Assembly (NCBI GenBank): GCA_946965045.2
Contig: OX337228.1
Span: 1,860,001-1,924,000, forward strand
Source: Epithemia pelagica
Taxonomy: Eukaryota > Protista > Bacillariophyta
Reading direction: 5' to 3'
Length of the DNA stretch: 64,000 nt
Shown here: one piece after another, positions 19,703 to 31,243 of the stretch
Position numbering within the stretch: the stretch's first letter is position 1
Layout: each line of letters starts with the position of its first letter
Made by a program: the position numbers and the translations under genes
The notes under the pieces: model-generated
What the model was told of the DNA's origin: nothing
What the model saw: the letters and a program-made list of their open reading frames with translations, nothing else
The model's database searches: none

Positions 19703-21856
19703 TTACTCGGCCTTGATTCGTTCAGCCACATCACTTTCGGCTCGGTATCGTTGTTCCACTCCACCATCCAGCGATACTGTCATGGATTCTCGTCGAACTT
19801 CATTCCACACCGTTTGGACCAGCCACCGAATCCCTCGTTGTACCATGGTCGCGAGGGGTCCATTACTGTTATTATTATTGCTGCTGCTAAGATCGGGTGA
19901 TTGTTGTGCGGTACTGTCGGGATTGCCAAACAGTCCGGCCAAGGCGGGAACATTGGGTGGTGGACGATACTTGACTTCGTACACATTGGCTCCCTGATCC
20001 ATGTATTCCATAATGACATTGTCCACGGTCTGAATTTCATCGCACAATTGACGTTCCAATGCCGCCGTACCAAACCAGGTTTCTCCCGTAGCGACTTGCT
20101 CAATGTCCAGTTGAGGACGGTTTTGGGCCACAAAGTCTCGGAACAAGACCAAGATTTCTTCCACGTCTTCCTTGGTTTTTTCGAAATCGACCTGTGTGAC
20201 TTTTTTGGTCGGTGTCAAGGTTCGTTTGTACTTGCCAGCCGTGACGGTTTGAAATTCAATGCCCTCCTTTTTCAATCGTTCATACACATTGGGAATCTCC
20301 GTCAGTACACCAATACTTCCCAAGACGGCAAAGGGACTGGCGACAATCCGATCGGCCACACAGCACATCATGTATCCACCCGAGGCGGCGACTTGTTCCA
20401 CGGCAATGGTCAACTTGAGTCCTGCTTCCTTGAATCGCAACAATTGAGCCGCGGCCAAACCGTACCCCGTCACGGTACCCCCACCTGTTTGCAACACCAC
20501 CAAGGCGTGATCGCCGGGTTGAGCCGATCGAACAATGGCCGTGACTTCCTCACGTAGATTGGCCACTTGAGAGGCGGTGGTATCGCCCGGAAACCGTGTC
20601 AAAAAGACTCGACGAGGTGCCTCCGCCGTGTCCTCGTCGTCGGCCTGGGACAACGACAACGACGACGACAAGAGTTGTGTCAAGGGTCGATCTTGCAAGG
20701 CCAACAACAAGAGTCCACCCATACCACGAGCGGCCACATCTCCCAAGAGTGCCGCTCGGACGGACGGTCCATGGACGGGTCCTACTGCCCGGACTACTTG
20801 CCGAATAAACTCCAATTCCAAATTTTGCAGCGAGGCAATGAGATTTGCCGTTTTCATGGCTCCACCATCCTTGTCCCCTCGACTCGAAGTCGTCGATGCC
20901 TTGGCTTTCGAGTCACTCACAGTGCTGTTTGTTGTACTCGTGAGGTTTCCCTCTGCTGGTTCGTCCTCCACTGCCGGATCCAGAGCATACACATCTTTGA
21001 CACCCAACTTTTTCAATTCATCGTCAATTACCGATCGAGTGGTTTCCGTTTGTCGTTGTTGAAGTTGCGTGACAACTTGATTGCCCTTTTGCAAAAAAGT
21101 TTGTTCGGCTTGTTGCAACTCTTGGTACGCACTGGCGGGCAAATTGGATGGCAAGGCCTTTTCCAAGGCCCGGGAAAAGGAGACTTTGCGATAGGTAGCG
21201 GCAGCCGACGCCTTGGATTGCGTCGCCAGGGCCAAACTATAATCATAAGAATCGTATTGCCGATTCAAATGGGTCACCTGGAGAAATTGCTGTTGTGGAA
21301 CACCCACGTTTTTAGGCAACTTGTTTTTACGATTGCCATTATTGCCAAAAAAGCCTCCTCCACCAAACGGGTTCTTGTCCTTGCCTTGGTCTTGATCGCC
21401 ATACAAATCCATGTACAGGGCAGCGACTGGATTGACGCTCAGGAGGGCCGGATCGTCCATACCACCCATTCTGCCGCCATTGTTGTTGTTGCGTGATTTT
21501 CCCACGACAACGGCCAAGAAACCAATCACCACAATGGTAAAAAACGCTGGAACACCATTGGAAATGACGGATTCCCAAAAGAATTGCATCAAGGGACTCA
21601 TGGTGGATTCCGAAGACGATTCGGCAATCATGGTCGTCGCAGCACTGGCCATGTGAAAGGGAGGTGTTGCCGATAGGGCAGTCGTCGTCATTGGACGACA
21701 AGTGCCGAAAATAGAACGACGAGAGACAGCATGGTGGATGACTGATGGGTGCTCTTGCTGTTGCCAGATGGAGCGAATGGAGTTTGGACTGCTAAATGCG
21801 TTCACCGAGCCAGGACAACTCGCTACGAGCAAGAACGCCAACGAAGTAGACCTCAT
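19703..21856 (-). CDS. sohB: Peptidase S49, SohB-type, probably plastid-targeted (717 aa)
   Basis: LQTGGGTVTGYGLAAAQL, VEQVAASGGYMMCCVAD, GSIGV, TAGKYKRTL and VATGETWFG; N-terminus MRSTSLAFLLVASCPGSVNA-FSS resembles a diatom bipartite presequence; one TM segment precedes the soluble part. Confidence 0.9.
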   Translation of the reverse strand: MRSTSLAFLLVASCPGSVNAFSSPNSIRSIWQQQEHPSVIHHAVSRRSIFGTCRPMTTTALSATPPFHMASAATTMIAESSSESTMSPLMQFFWESVISNGVPAFFTIVVIGFLAVVVGKSRNNNNGGRMGGMDDPALLSVNPVAALYMDLYGDQDQGKDKNPFGGGGFFGNNGNRKNKLPKNVGVPQQQFLQVTHLNRQYDSYDYSLALATQSKASAAATYRKVSFSRALEKALPSNLPASAYQELQQAEQTFLQKGNQVVTQLQQRQTETTRSVIDDELKKLGVKDVYALDPAVEDEPAEGNLTSTTNSTVSDSKAKASTTSSRGDKDGGAMKTANLIASLQNLELEFIRQVVRAVGPVHGPSVRAALLGDVAARGMGGLLLLALQDRPLTQLLSSSLSLSQADDEDTAEAPRRVFLTRFPGDTTASQVANLREEVTAIVRSAQPGDHALVVLQTGGGTVTGYGLAAAQLLRFKEAGLKLTIAVEQVAASGGYMMCCVADRIVASPFAVLGSIGVLTEIPNVYERLKKEGIEFQTVTAGKYKRTLTPTKKVTQVDFEKTKEDVEEILVLFRDFVAQNRPQLDIEQVATGETWFGTAALERQLCDEIQTVDNVIMEYMDQGANVYEVKYRPPPNVPALAGLFGNPDSTAQQSPDLSSSNNNNSNGPLATMVQRGIRWLVQTVWNEVRRESMTVSLDGGVEQRYRAESDVAERIKAE

Positions 21857-22137
21857 TTTCGGTTTTCTTCGTTTGTTTGTTCTGTATTTGTATCGTTGAT
21901 GTTTTGTTGGATCTTTTCTCAAGATGAGAAAAACCAAATTGTTTGGGTCTCGAAATTGTGACGTAATAGCCAGCCGACTCACTCCCACATAGCCACGTCA
22001 TGCAACATTAAAGCGACCTAAGCGCTAACGCTTTCTTTACTTTATAAGCGACCGACGAAGATCCAAATTTGATCGATTTGATGGGTGTCGCAAGTCGGAA
22101 ATAGAGATTCCTCCTTACGTTCAAAGATTGTGTCACC

Positions 22138-23185
22138 ATGATCTCATTGTCGCAACCAGCATGGCAGTTCTCTCGACGGCGGCAAAGTGCCATTCGCATG
22201 TCGTTTCGTCGCTGCTTGTACGTTTCCTGCTTGTCTCCTCTGCTAGTAATGTCCTTGGTACGAGGATATCATCATCATGTCCCTCTTGGCGCGTCACGTC
22301 ATCGTGCTACCCCACCATTATCGCGATACATTCCTCCTAACCACCACCACCACAACAACAACAACCATTATGGTGTCACGAAAGGACAGGCGAGGCACAG
22401 GGGGCACTTGTACTTTTCGTCATTGTCATTATCTTCCTCCTCGGACGGTGGTTCTCCCCAATCCGAAGAAAAACATGTCGAAACAACCTTGTTTGTTGAA
22501 TGCGGTACGATTCACGAGAATTCATACCACTCCAGGCACGCCAACACTCTCGAAAAGGAGATGCCTCATTATCTTTCTTTCTGGATTCGTTGCCTTTCTC
22601 TTCCTCACTCTCACAGGCTTTGGGGCGGATGCCCATGGACAAAACCCAACCAAGGCAGCCGGTACGTCCGTAGAAGTTGTTCCGTGGTTGTCGTCATCGT
22701 CATGATTTCTCACAGGCTTTTGTTTCTTGTGATGCGTTGCAGTCCGTGCGTGTCGAAATGCCATTGAATTCAATCAAATCCCTTCCATTGCGGATATTGT
22801 TCCGGGTGGTCGAGACGAAATGAAATTAGATGTCTTGTTGGCCGTTCGTACGTGCTTTGTGTGTTTGCGTCCGCGTTTGGTCACTGGCGGTGGTGACATG
22901 CTGAATTCCATAGTGGATGCTAATCGGATCTATGTTTCTTTCTGTTGTATGCGTGTCTTGTGTGCGTCTCTCTCTTGGATGGATACTCTCTCTATAAACA
23001 TAGCGGCCAAGTATCAATCCAGTCTCGAATTGGACCCAGTGCGAGAGGCCTTTCCTTATGGTAAGATTCGGATTCAAATTCAAGACGGTGGCATGATTGC
23101 CTCCAATGGCAAGGCGATTGCATCACTGGGAGATGTCAATGAAGATATGGTGATTGTCTGTTGTGCCATTACCGTCGGATATTGA
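22138..23185 (+). CDS. Lin0512-family protein, 4 exons: 22138-22504, 22617-22661, 22743-22847, 23004-23185 (232 aa)
   Basis: Splicing three GT-AG introns gives LFVECGFGADAHGQNPTKAAVRACRNAIEFNQIP...PYGK...GG...AITVGY, matching the Lin0512 pattern GxDxHGQDxTKAAxRAxxDAI; total CDS 699 nt, in frame. Confidence 0.85.
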
Positions 23186-23459
23186 AGAGAGACGTCCTTC
23201 TCTGTTGGTGATTTTGGTACACAACGACGACAATCCTGTCTCCAGTCTCCCGTTTGGGAGACTATTAATTGCTTTAGGACTACAAACATAGATAAGGAAC
23301 TGTAATTCTACTCTGAACCTAGGTTCAATCTTCATTACCTATTCCTACTAGACTATTGTTACGCTACGGATTCTATCTCCGTAAATCTTTCCTCACACAC
23401 ACACGACCCAGGATTGACGACGAGAGTGTGGATCTGCGGACCACATGGCGGTGACGGCA

Positions 23460-25490
23460 TTATGACGATGGTGGTCCTTTGCGAGGTGGTGCTTGTGGTG
23501 GTGTTTGTTGTTGTTGTTGTTGCTGCTGTTGTTGTTGCGTGGCAAACAAGAGGGCTTGTATTAACTCATTGGTATTTGGCGGCTGTTGCTGCTGGTACTG
23601 GTTGGGAGTCGCTGTTGCCATTGCGGTTGTTGTGGAGGGAGGGAGTGTGGTATTGTTACTGGAGGCTCGATGACTGCTCGCCTGCAACTGTTGCTCCATC
23701 AGAAGTTGTACCAACAGGGGTTCCAGATTGCTGTTGGCAGTTGTCGTCGGAAGGCTTGACCCTCCAAGGACATTGGCAAAAGGACTCGAAGCTAGTTGTT
23801 GAGGCGAGGCGCCTGTTGATGACAACGGTAGGGATGCTGTGTGGGGTACAGCAGCCGCGTTACTTTGAAACTGCGACAACAAGGCGTCCATGGAGGTGGC
23901 GGGGCGAGTGGACGACGATACTGCCGCCGGTGCCGCGGTAGCAGCCGAGAATGGCAGTGATTGCGGCTGTTGTGGATAGAGTGGATGGGAAACAGATGCT
24001 TGCTGCTGCCCCTCCACACCAACACTTCCTGGAGCCGCGATTGCGGTGGACGTCGTAGTAGGCTGTTGTTGTTGCTGCGTTTGCACGAACGCTGCCAACA
24101 AATACAACAAGAGCAACACTTCAGGACCCGGGTTTGATCCCATCAAGGAGGAGGACAATTGATTTGGATCTTGTTGAGAGGACGACGACAGGTCGGTGCC
24201 ACCCTGGCCCCAATTGGGCGGCATCCTGTCGTGAATGGCCTCAGAAACAGGCGTAGCTGCTGATGTTGCTCTGATGGATGGAGGTGGAGGATGCATGATT
24301 TGGAAGAGTGCTTGCTGCAACAAAGCGTTTTGTTGAGGATTCCCGAATGCAGAGGTTGATCCCAAGGCTTGCTCCAAAGACAAACGTGTCCTTTCGTCCA
24401 ACAAGACGCCAGGGCTTGGGCCTAACGTAGTTCTCGGATCAGGACCGAGATACGTTGGTGGATTTGCCTGCTGTCCGAGTGGATGTTGGTGCTGTGTGCT
24501 GCTGTTGGCCGACGAGGAAGTAGTATGCGGCTGCTGTGAAGAAAGAGATGACAAAGCATTTTGTCCTGTTGTTCCTGTTCCTTCTCCTGGTTGAGTAGTT
24601 TGCTCTTGTTGTGGTATCTGTCGTTGCGACTGTTGCGCTTGCCCTTGGCCCGCTCCACCCATGATGGACGAGGTGGCCGAGTCCAAGAGTCCCAGTAAAT
24701 GCTTGAGAAACCGAGACGTACGTTCCAAGGGACTTTCGCCTCGCTCGTCGTCTTCCTGTACAGCGCTCGAGGTTGGAGGCGTTGATGCGTCAGTCTTCTC
24801 CTTGGTGGCATTGTCTGGTGGAGGCGGGGGCTGTTGCCATGATTGCACAAACATCGATGGTTCCACTGAAGAAAGGCAATCGGTAATGGCTGAACGCAGC
24901 AATTCCACCATTTGCATCTTGGTCGTCGTGTCAGTCGTGTTCCCTGAAGCCACCGTGCTATTCTCTTGCTGTTGTGCATTGAATGGGTTGCTGGCGAGGG
25001 ACGATTGCTGCAACAACCGCACAATCGCTTGCAGCTTTTCGAGCAGTGTTTGCAATCGATCATTGTCCGCCACAAGAGTGGTGTTCATGTCGGTATATCG
25101 AGCAAATTGATCCGTTAGGGAATCAAGTTGATAGCGTTCTCGTTGTCGTTTACGTTGCGCACTCATCCGATTGATGAGTCGTTTTCGCTCTCGTTGTTCC
25201 ACAGTCATTTTAGGAGCCGATCCATCAGGAGAAAAACGACGATCTCGCAAATGTTGTCGCATGGCGGCCGCTTTTTGTGGATCCTCCACAACATTGTTGT
25301 TGTCTTCCTTCTCATTGCTACTGGCAACTCCCTGATCTTCCCCAGCTTTTGATTTCGATGCCACTTCTGCTTCATTAGAACTACGGAGTTGTTGGTGTTG
25401 TTGCTCTTATTGTGGTGCTTTGGATGCTTCCTTGTTTGTGCCATCGTCGGCTAGTTGGTGATCGCGAATGGATTCGTTGGCCTTGTCCAT
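23460..25490 (-). CDS. bZIP transcription factor; in-frame TAA at codon 28 (25407-25409); alternative start ATG 25262
   Basis: RERKRLINRMSAQRKRQRER (N-x7-R) followed by a Leu heptad region and a Q/S/T-rich tail. ATG 25490 (ACAATG) is in the same frame but interrupted by CCA CAA TAA GAG CAA. Confidence 0.8.
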
Positions 25491-26785
25491 TGTACCGCGA
25501 CTCGTGCTAGGAATTGAGCTTTTGATGTTGTTGGAGGATCACTCGAACGGATGGTGCAAACGCGCATTCGAAGGACCTAGAACAGAACATGTCTCTCTAT
25601 TCTGCCACTCCTCTGCGCAAGTGCAGCAAACGTAGTAGCAACTGGAATGGACAATGATCTCAGCGTCAGAATCCACCCCCGAAAACTATTAGTAGCCAGT
25701 GGTTGGAGGTGGTGATGCTGTTGGTGTTGGTGTTGCAATGCCTGCGGCAATGATGATGAGGCATAATGACGAAGATCGCTGCTGATGTTGCATCGTTCCA
25801 CTTCTATGTACTACTTCGTCGATCGTTTCTCTCTCAGCGAGGATCTATTATTGTTATGGAATTTCGGAATGTGGCCGCAGTCTGGCTTTTCTCCTTCAAC
25901 GAAACGAAGTTTTTTGTCTCCTTCCAGCATTTCTTGGATGACTGGGTCATAGAATCTCTCGGGGATTCCAGGATACTCCAAGAATATGCAAAGGCGACCC
26001 ATTAACCGAGCAATTGAAGGGAAAAGGCAATACCGACCGTCCGTATGGCCGTGTGGCATATGGCAGCTACAATAGCCCGAGACGCGCGACGACTGTCCAA
26101 TCCCCCAAACACAAGCCTTTCCCCATTATTTACGAATACACTACTCGTACTCGTACGGTTAGTGTTGTTGGTTGCCTTTTGCCCGAGCCGCTCTGCCCTC
26201 TTATGCTGCCATACAGGATCTTGGATATGGAAGACTGTTCCTCCCTTCGCCCTCCTTCCTTCTGAAAATGATTATACTACACGAAGATCTGACATCTCCA
26301 TTGAGGTAGATTCGAGCAAGGAAGAAACCAACAGAGGAAATTGTAAGCGAAAATCGATCAAGGATGTGTTCTGGAGCTACCCAGTTACGCAATAAACAAA
26401 ATTGAGTAGCCAACAACGCGGATCTCAGACAAAACTACGAGGGCAGAAACAAAGAGTCTTGTCATTTTTCATTTAGCTTGCAAATTATTGTTCGCGGTGG
26501 ACATTGGACAACCATCAATAATCAATACCCAACACCATCCACAATCCAATTTTCAGGCCGACAAGAAGAACAGGAGAATATTAGGGCTAATGACCACCAT
26601 GATTGAGTACGAGTTCGTAACTTAGGAGTGCTCATTGCTCCGTATACCGAATACCGAATACTCGATACTCGTGCCGGATACGATTAGGAGTAGTTTTTAG
26701 TTGGAGTGAGAAGTGAGAAGCGAGGATAGTTTTTAAAATGTCTGCTTGAAGTCAAGTTCAACTGTTTGAGTTCGGATGCCTGAAA

Positions 26786-26843
26786 TGACGTCACCCATTC
26801 GACATAATATTGATGACGTCATCAAATGAAGAATCTGACATCA
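26786..26843. promoter_or_regulatory. Cluster of CRE-type bZIP sites: TGACGTCA (26786), TTGATGACGTCATCAA (26810-26825), TGACATCA (26836)
   Basis: Two perfect TGACGTCA octamers and one variant within 58 bp of a divergent intergenic region, 235-290 bp upstream of ATG 27078. Confidence 0.55.
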
Positions 26844-27077
26844 CACATCTTCAGGATCTTGGATCTTGAATCCGGGACTTGAGACTAGTGACTGGTCCAC
26901 CTCGGCTTCCGGCGTGACCTTTGGTGGGATTGCTCGCGACAAACTCAATTTTTGGAGCGCGCCGAAAAAAAAAGTGTCACGCTGAAACCATGATCTCGAG
27001 GTGTTGTTGGGTGTCGATTTGTTGCTGATTCTTTGGTTGTGTCGTCGTCTTGGTGCGTCTCTTTGGAAGGTTGCACA

Positions 27078-28028
27078 ATGGTGTTTTCGAGAAGGTTGCA
27101 AGAACTAGGAAATTGCATTGGGCAGGGAAATGAATGCAAAGAAGCCAGTGTGTTGTTTACTGTGACAACTGCTGATGCACAATCGGCTTTGATTGCAATC
27201 GCGGCTGGATTGAGTTTGGTGAAATGCGTCGTATCCGCCATGGGGAATTATTCTCCCTTTCATGTTGCATTAGATATCTTAGCCCTGGGAGCGACATTGA
27301 CTGCCTTTATGATTTTCCAGAACAACGATTTTGACGACACGGACTTGCTGGATCGCGTTGAGGCGGGTTACGGCGATGATATTGTCTTGTACCGAATTGC
27401 CTATATCAGTGCCATGATTGTCCAAGCTATTAATGCTGCCGTGACAATGCAAACGCTCTCCATCTATACACGAATCCAAATTGAACCCTTTGGAGCCGAT
27501 GCCAAACAGGGATATCAAAAGAGTGCCCGATATACTTACATTTACATGTTGTTGTTGGGAATGGTTCTCTGTGGTGCCATTGTGCCCTTGATTGCCTTCG
27601 GTAAGGCAGATTGGGAGACTGATAACTTAAGTCCCACCAATTTCAAGGAAGACAATGCCAAACTGCTGATGAGCGCCATGATTCTGGCCGTTCTGGCCCA
27701 AGGTTTCATGTCCTTTCCCATGACTTTGACATTGTGTCGGGTTCCGACGCGTAAGATCCTGCTTTTCTTTTTTGTCGCCTTCTTGATTGGTTTGACTCCT
27801 CTGCTGGCCCATGCGGGTATCTTGTATACAGTTCTCGCACGAGTGTCGTCGGGTGACGAATCGGGTGGTTTGGCCTTTTTGGTTCTTATTTATGCCATTC
27901 AGGGCATGGAATTTTATGCCGAGATTTTTCGGTACATACACTGGCTCCAGATTGAATTGGCGGGACGAACGGCAAAATCTCAACAAGAGCAACTGGAATT
28001 TCAACAGGGCTTTGCTCAAGAAGCCTGA
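27078..28028 (+). CDS. Multi-pass (about 7 TM) membrane protein of unknown family (316 aa)
   Basis: Seven hydrophobic segments of about 20 aa; ATG in ACAATG context at 27078; no family motif recognised. Confidence 0.75.
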   Translation: MVFSRRLQELGNCIGQGNECKEASVLFTVTTADAQSALIAIAAGLSLVKCVVSAMGNYSPFHVALDILALGATLTAFMIFQNNDFDDTDLLDRVEAGYGDDIVLYRIAYISAMIVQAINAAVTMQTLSIYTRIQIEPFGADAKQGYQKSARYTYIYMLLLGMVLCGAIVPLIAFGKADWETDNLSPTNFKEDNAKLLMSAMILAVLAQGFMSFPMTLTLCRVPTRKILLFFFVAFLIGLTPLLAHAGILYTVLARVSSGDESGGLAFLVLIYAIQGMEFYAEIFRYIHWLQIELAGRTAKSQQEQLEFQQGFAQEA

Positions 28029-28396
28029 GGCCCCGGCTCTTTCGCAGACTATACCACACTCTACATGTCATTTCGGACTCGCTTATGTATTGCTTATTGC
28101 TTGCTGTTCTATAAAAATGTTAAGTCACGTTTGTGTTATTACAATAGCATTGTGCACCATTAGGACAACAATATAGTTGAGTTGTCGTTTCCTGTCATGT
28201 GCCCTTGTAAACATCTCCGGAATTGCTGATACCAAAAAATATTTTGCTTGGGCGTCTTAGCACGAATTTTCGTCGGTCTCTTGGTCCGGGGACTCCACAG
28301 GGGACCGATAACAACGTTTGACGGAAACATCCGTTTCCGCAGGCCATTCTAATTGCAAATCAAAGCAACAACAAGCCTCGCAAAACACTGCCTATA

Positions 28397-30222
28397 TCAG
28401 ACTTCCACAGTTTGATCTTGCAAAAGAATGGCCGCTGCCGCACCCGAACATGTTCTCCGGTGATGTCCTTGGGGTGGTGGTTGTTGCTGTTGGTTTCTTC
28501 CAGACCCACCGGACGAGCCGTCGCCTTGTGCCACTCGTGGATCCTGGTGCGGAGATGGGACTCTCCGTGCTGCGACAGCAGTAGTGGCCTTGTGTTGGAC
28601 GCCGCCGTCGAGAGCACCAGGTTGCAATTGTATCATTTTGGAACATCCGTACAAAAAGAGGGATATCAAGAGACACAAATAAAATATGGAATTGTGATTC
28701 ATGTCCGAGGTTGACATGGAAAAGGGACAATTCGCAAAGCAATCGTCCTCATAGCCATGGGCACCACATGGTTCTTCCAAAAAGGCTTGAATCAGAAACC
28801 CAACAAAATAAATGAGCATGGCCATGGCGTCGACTGAATACCACACAATCAAATGTCGTTCATGACAAAAACAAATCCGAAACAGGGCCGTCAACAAGAC
28901 GGCACAATGTGCTGTGGCCAAAAATACATTGGTATAGATATGGGAATCGAGTATCACAAAAATGACCAAGGCTGGTAGACTAACCATCATCCACAGGAGC
29001 ATCCATTGAATGGTTCGATTTCCACTTGCGGGAGAAGTAGTGGCTGGAGGTAAGGCCGTGGTACTTCTTGCATTCTGATTGTTGTTGTTGTTGAGTGACG
29101 CAGCTTGATTCGGGCTATCTCTAGGTGGTCGTGACGGCCGTACAACGAGCAATCGGACGTATTCGGTAGCTGCCACGGCAAACAAGCTCGTGGCAGCAAA
29201 GGCGGCCGTCCCGTGAATGACGCGATTGGGCATTTTACCAGCAAAATCTTGTTCTGTCATGTGACCAAACCCCGATACAAGTTTGGAGGTGGACAAGAAC
29301 ATGAAGTAACAAACCAAAAACGTCATATAACAATCCTCGTAGGGTTGCTGCGAGGAGGAAGATCCAACCAAGACGGCATCACCATTGACAAGGGCTTGAT
29401 CGCGTCCTTCGCCGAGCTGTCTGGAATTGGCTATACGGAAAATTCAAAAGCAGGCGACAGAGGAATGAGATAATGAATGAAACAAACACTGAACCATAAG
29501 AAACAGAAGATCGACATACCAGCAGTCGAGGCCGAGTCGGGCAGAGCATCGAGATCAGCAGTGTTTTCCCATGACGAGGATTGCTTTGGTGGCATTAGTA
29601 GTGGCGGTGGGTTGGTAACCAGGACAGCAACGGCTGGCTCCGAAGGAGCTTCCTTTTCATCGATTTCATCTTTGGTGGGATTGGTCGAAAGGGTTCCATC
29701 TTCCAAATACACAGCCGAATATGGAAGGGAATCTTCTTGTTGGTCATCTCCCTGTGCTGGTGATTTCCAACTCTGAATGGATGGAGTATCTTCTTGTGAA
29801 TACGAAAAATTCGTGGACGGTGGGGCCGACTTTTCTTCCTCCACAAGGGAAGACTGTGGCTGATATGGACGGTTCGTATCCGGATTGCAATAAAATGGTG
29901 GAGTGAGAATCGCCACAGTACCTTTTTCGTTGTGTGATTTCTCCTTGTCTTGTTTGTCTGTTTTGTTGTTGTCCTTGTTTTGTAGTGCATCGGCGGCTGT
30001 CGTCTGCGACACGGTGGTCGGTGCCGGATGTGACGACGACAAGGCCAACAAAAGAATGGCCATGGTCATACTCAAGGCAGCCACGGCATAGCACAATGTA
30101 AAAGTCCACACGGAATTATCCACAGCGGAATCGGCGTCATAGTCAGACAATGGACAACCCTCCTTCACCCAGTCCGTATTGTACAACGCGCGATGAGAAA
30201 GCGGCAAGTGTCGGAATCCCAT
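28397..30222 (-). CDS. About 7-TM membrane protein, CREST/DUF6962-like; 2 exons: 30222-29520, 29430-28397 (578 aa)
   Basis: Intron 29431-29519 (GTATGT...TATAG) joins the two track ORFs in frame; motifs SGFGH (SxxxH) and C-G...C...CP...NHNSIFY; long disordered loop after TM1. Gene structure is firmer than the family label. Confidence 0.7.
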
Positions 30223-31212
30223 TTTCGGAATGGCAGGTAGTAGGCGATCGAAACAGTTTTGGCAAAACAGTTGTGTTCTTGTTGTTGTCGAGCACCTCTC
30301 TGTTCGTACAACGATTTGTTTGGGGGAAAGAGAGACAACAAAGATACAATAGACAAGATATACTCTTGTTTTCAATCCGCCAGTGTACAGCGAAATAAAA
30401 TGATGCAGGTTTGGGTTCACGCGTACCTGGATTTTTCTAGCGGTCGCTTGTCTTTCACACAAATACATACGGTTAAGTATCTCATAGTATCCGACGATAG
30501 AGCGTGGTCTGGGGGACTACGGCAAGACCAAATGCGCGTATGGGTGGCAGTAATAGGGAACGGATCGATCCAACGCGCTTGGTTTGGTCTTGCCAACTCG
30601 CGACCGATTCGTCGGATTGAAACGGGATTTTTAAGTGAGTATGCCTTGTGTGACTCAAAAGGAACTTCCATCGAGTCCCACCAAAACCAACGGAATCAGA
30701 GACAGATGCATGGGAGTGAGCGCGATGGGAGCAAGATACACAATACACAATGGACAATGGGCTCAGTGGACATGGGGCCCAGCGGCTGCAGCGACCAGTG
30801 GAGCATTGTGAGCCCCATGCAATCGCACTTTTGTGTTGACTGTTGCGACTTCCCACCATTCTATACCATGGAACATTTCTTTTCGACCAGGGATACTCCA
30901 GAGTACCTCAAGTCGGACGTACTTTACAAAGGAACGAAAGCCCGTCACCGATATCTGGAACAGGTTCTCTGCGGTGGCCAAGCAACAGTGGATATGGAAG
31001 AATTTTTCCAACAGCAATGCCGCAACAGGTCCGGCTCCAAAACCATTGATAACTCCAATTTTACAAACTGATTTCTCTTTCGTTCTACTAGACACTTCCA
31101 TACATTGGACTCAAGGATGACAATAAGACAAAGTACCAGTGGTACCAGTTGAGGAGAAGGTTTACTTTAGTCTCGTTGAGGAAAGCGCCATAGCCATCAA
31201 CCATAGCTCTAC

Positions 31213-31243
31213 GGAGTACTCCTACTCCTCTAGTAGAGGAGTA
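31213..31243. repeat. Intergenic palindromes GGAGTACTCC and TACTCCTCTA-G-TAGAGGAGTA
   Basis: Perfect 10-bp palindrome followed by a 10-bp inverted repeat with a 1-nt spacer; matches 741-762 at 21 of 22 positions. Confidence 0.8.

Noticed and set aside
27078-28028. Microbial rhodopsin or heliorhodopsin
   Set aside because: No retinal-binding Lys in the seventh helix and no DxxxK or SxxxK motif.
29011-29030. GGTTCGA T-loop-like strings here and at 52580 suggesting tRNA genes
   Set aside because: Both lie within protein-coding exons and no cloverleaf or A-box can be built around them.
30259-31071. 270-aa plus-strand ORF in the divergent spacer
   Set aside because: TTG start overlapping the neighbouring gene's upstream region, no motif, atypical composition; cannot be supported without expression data.
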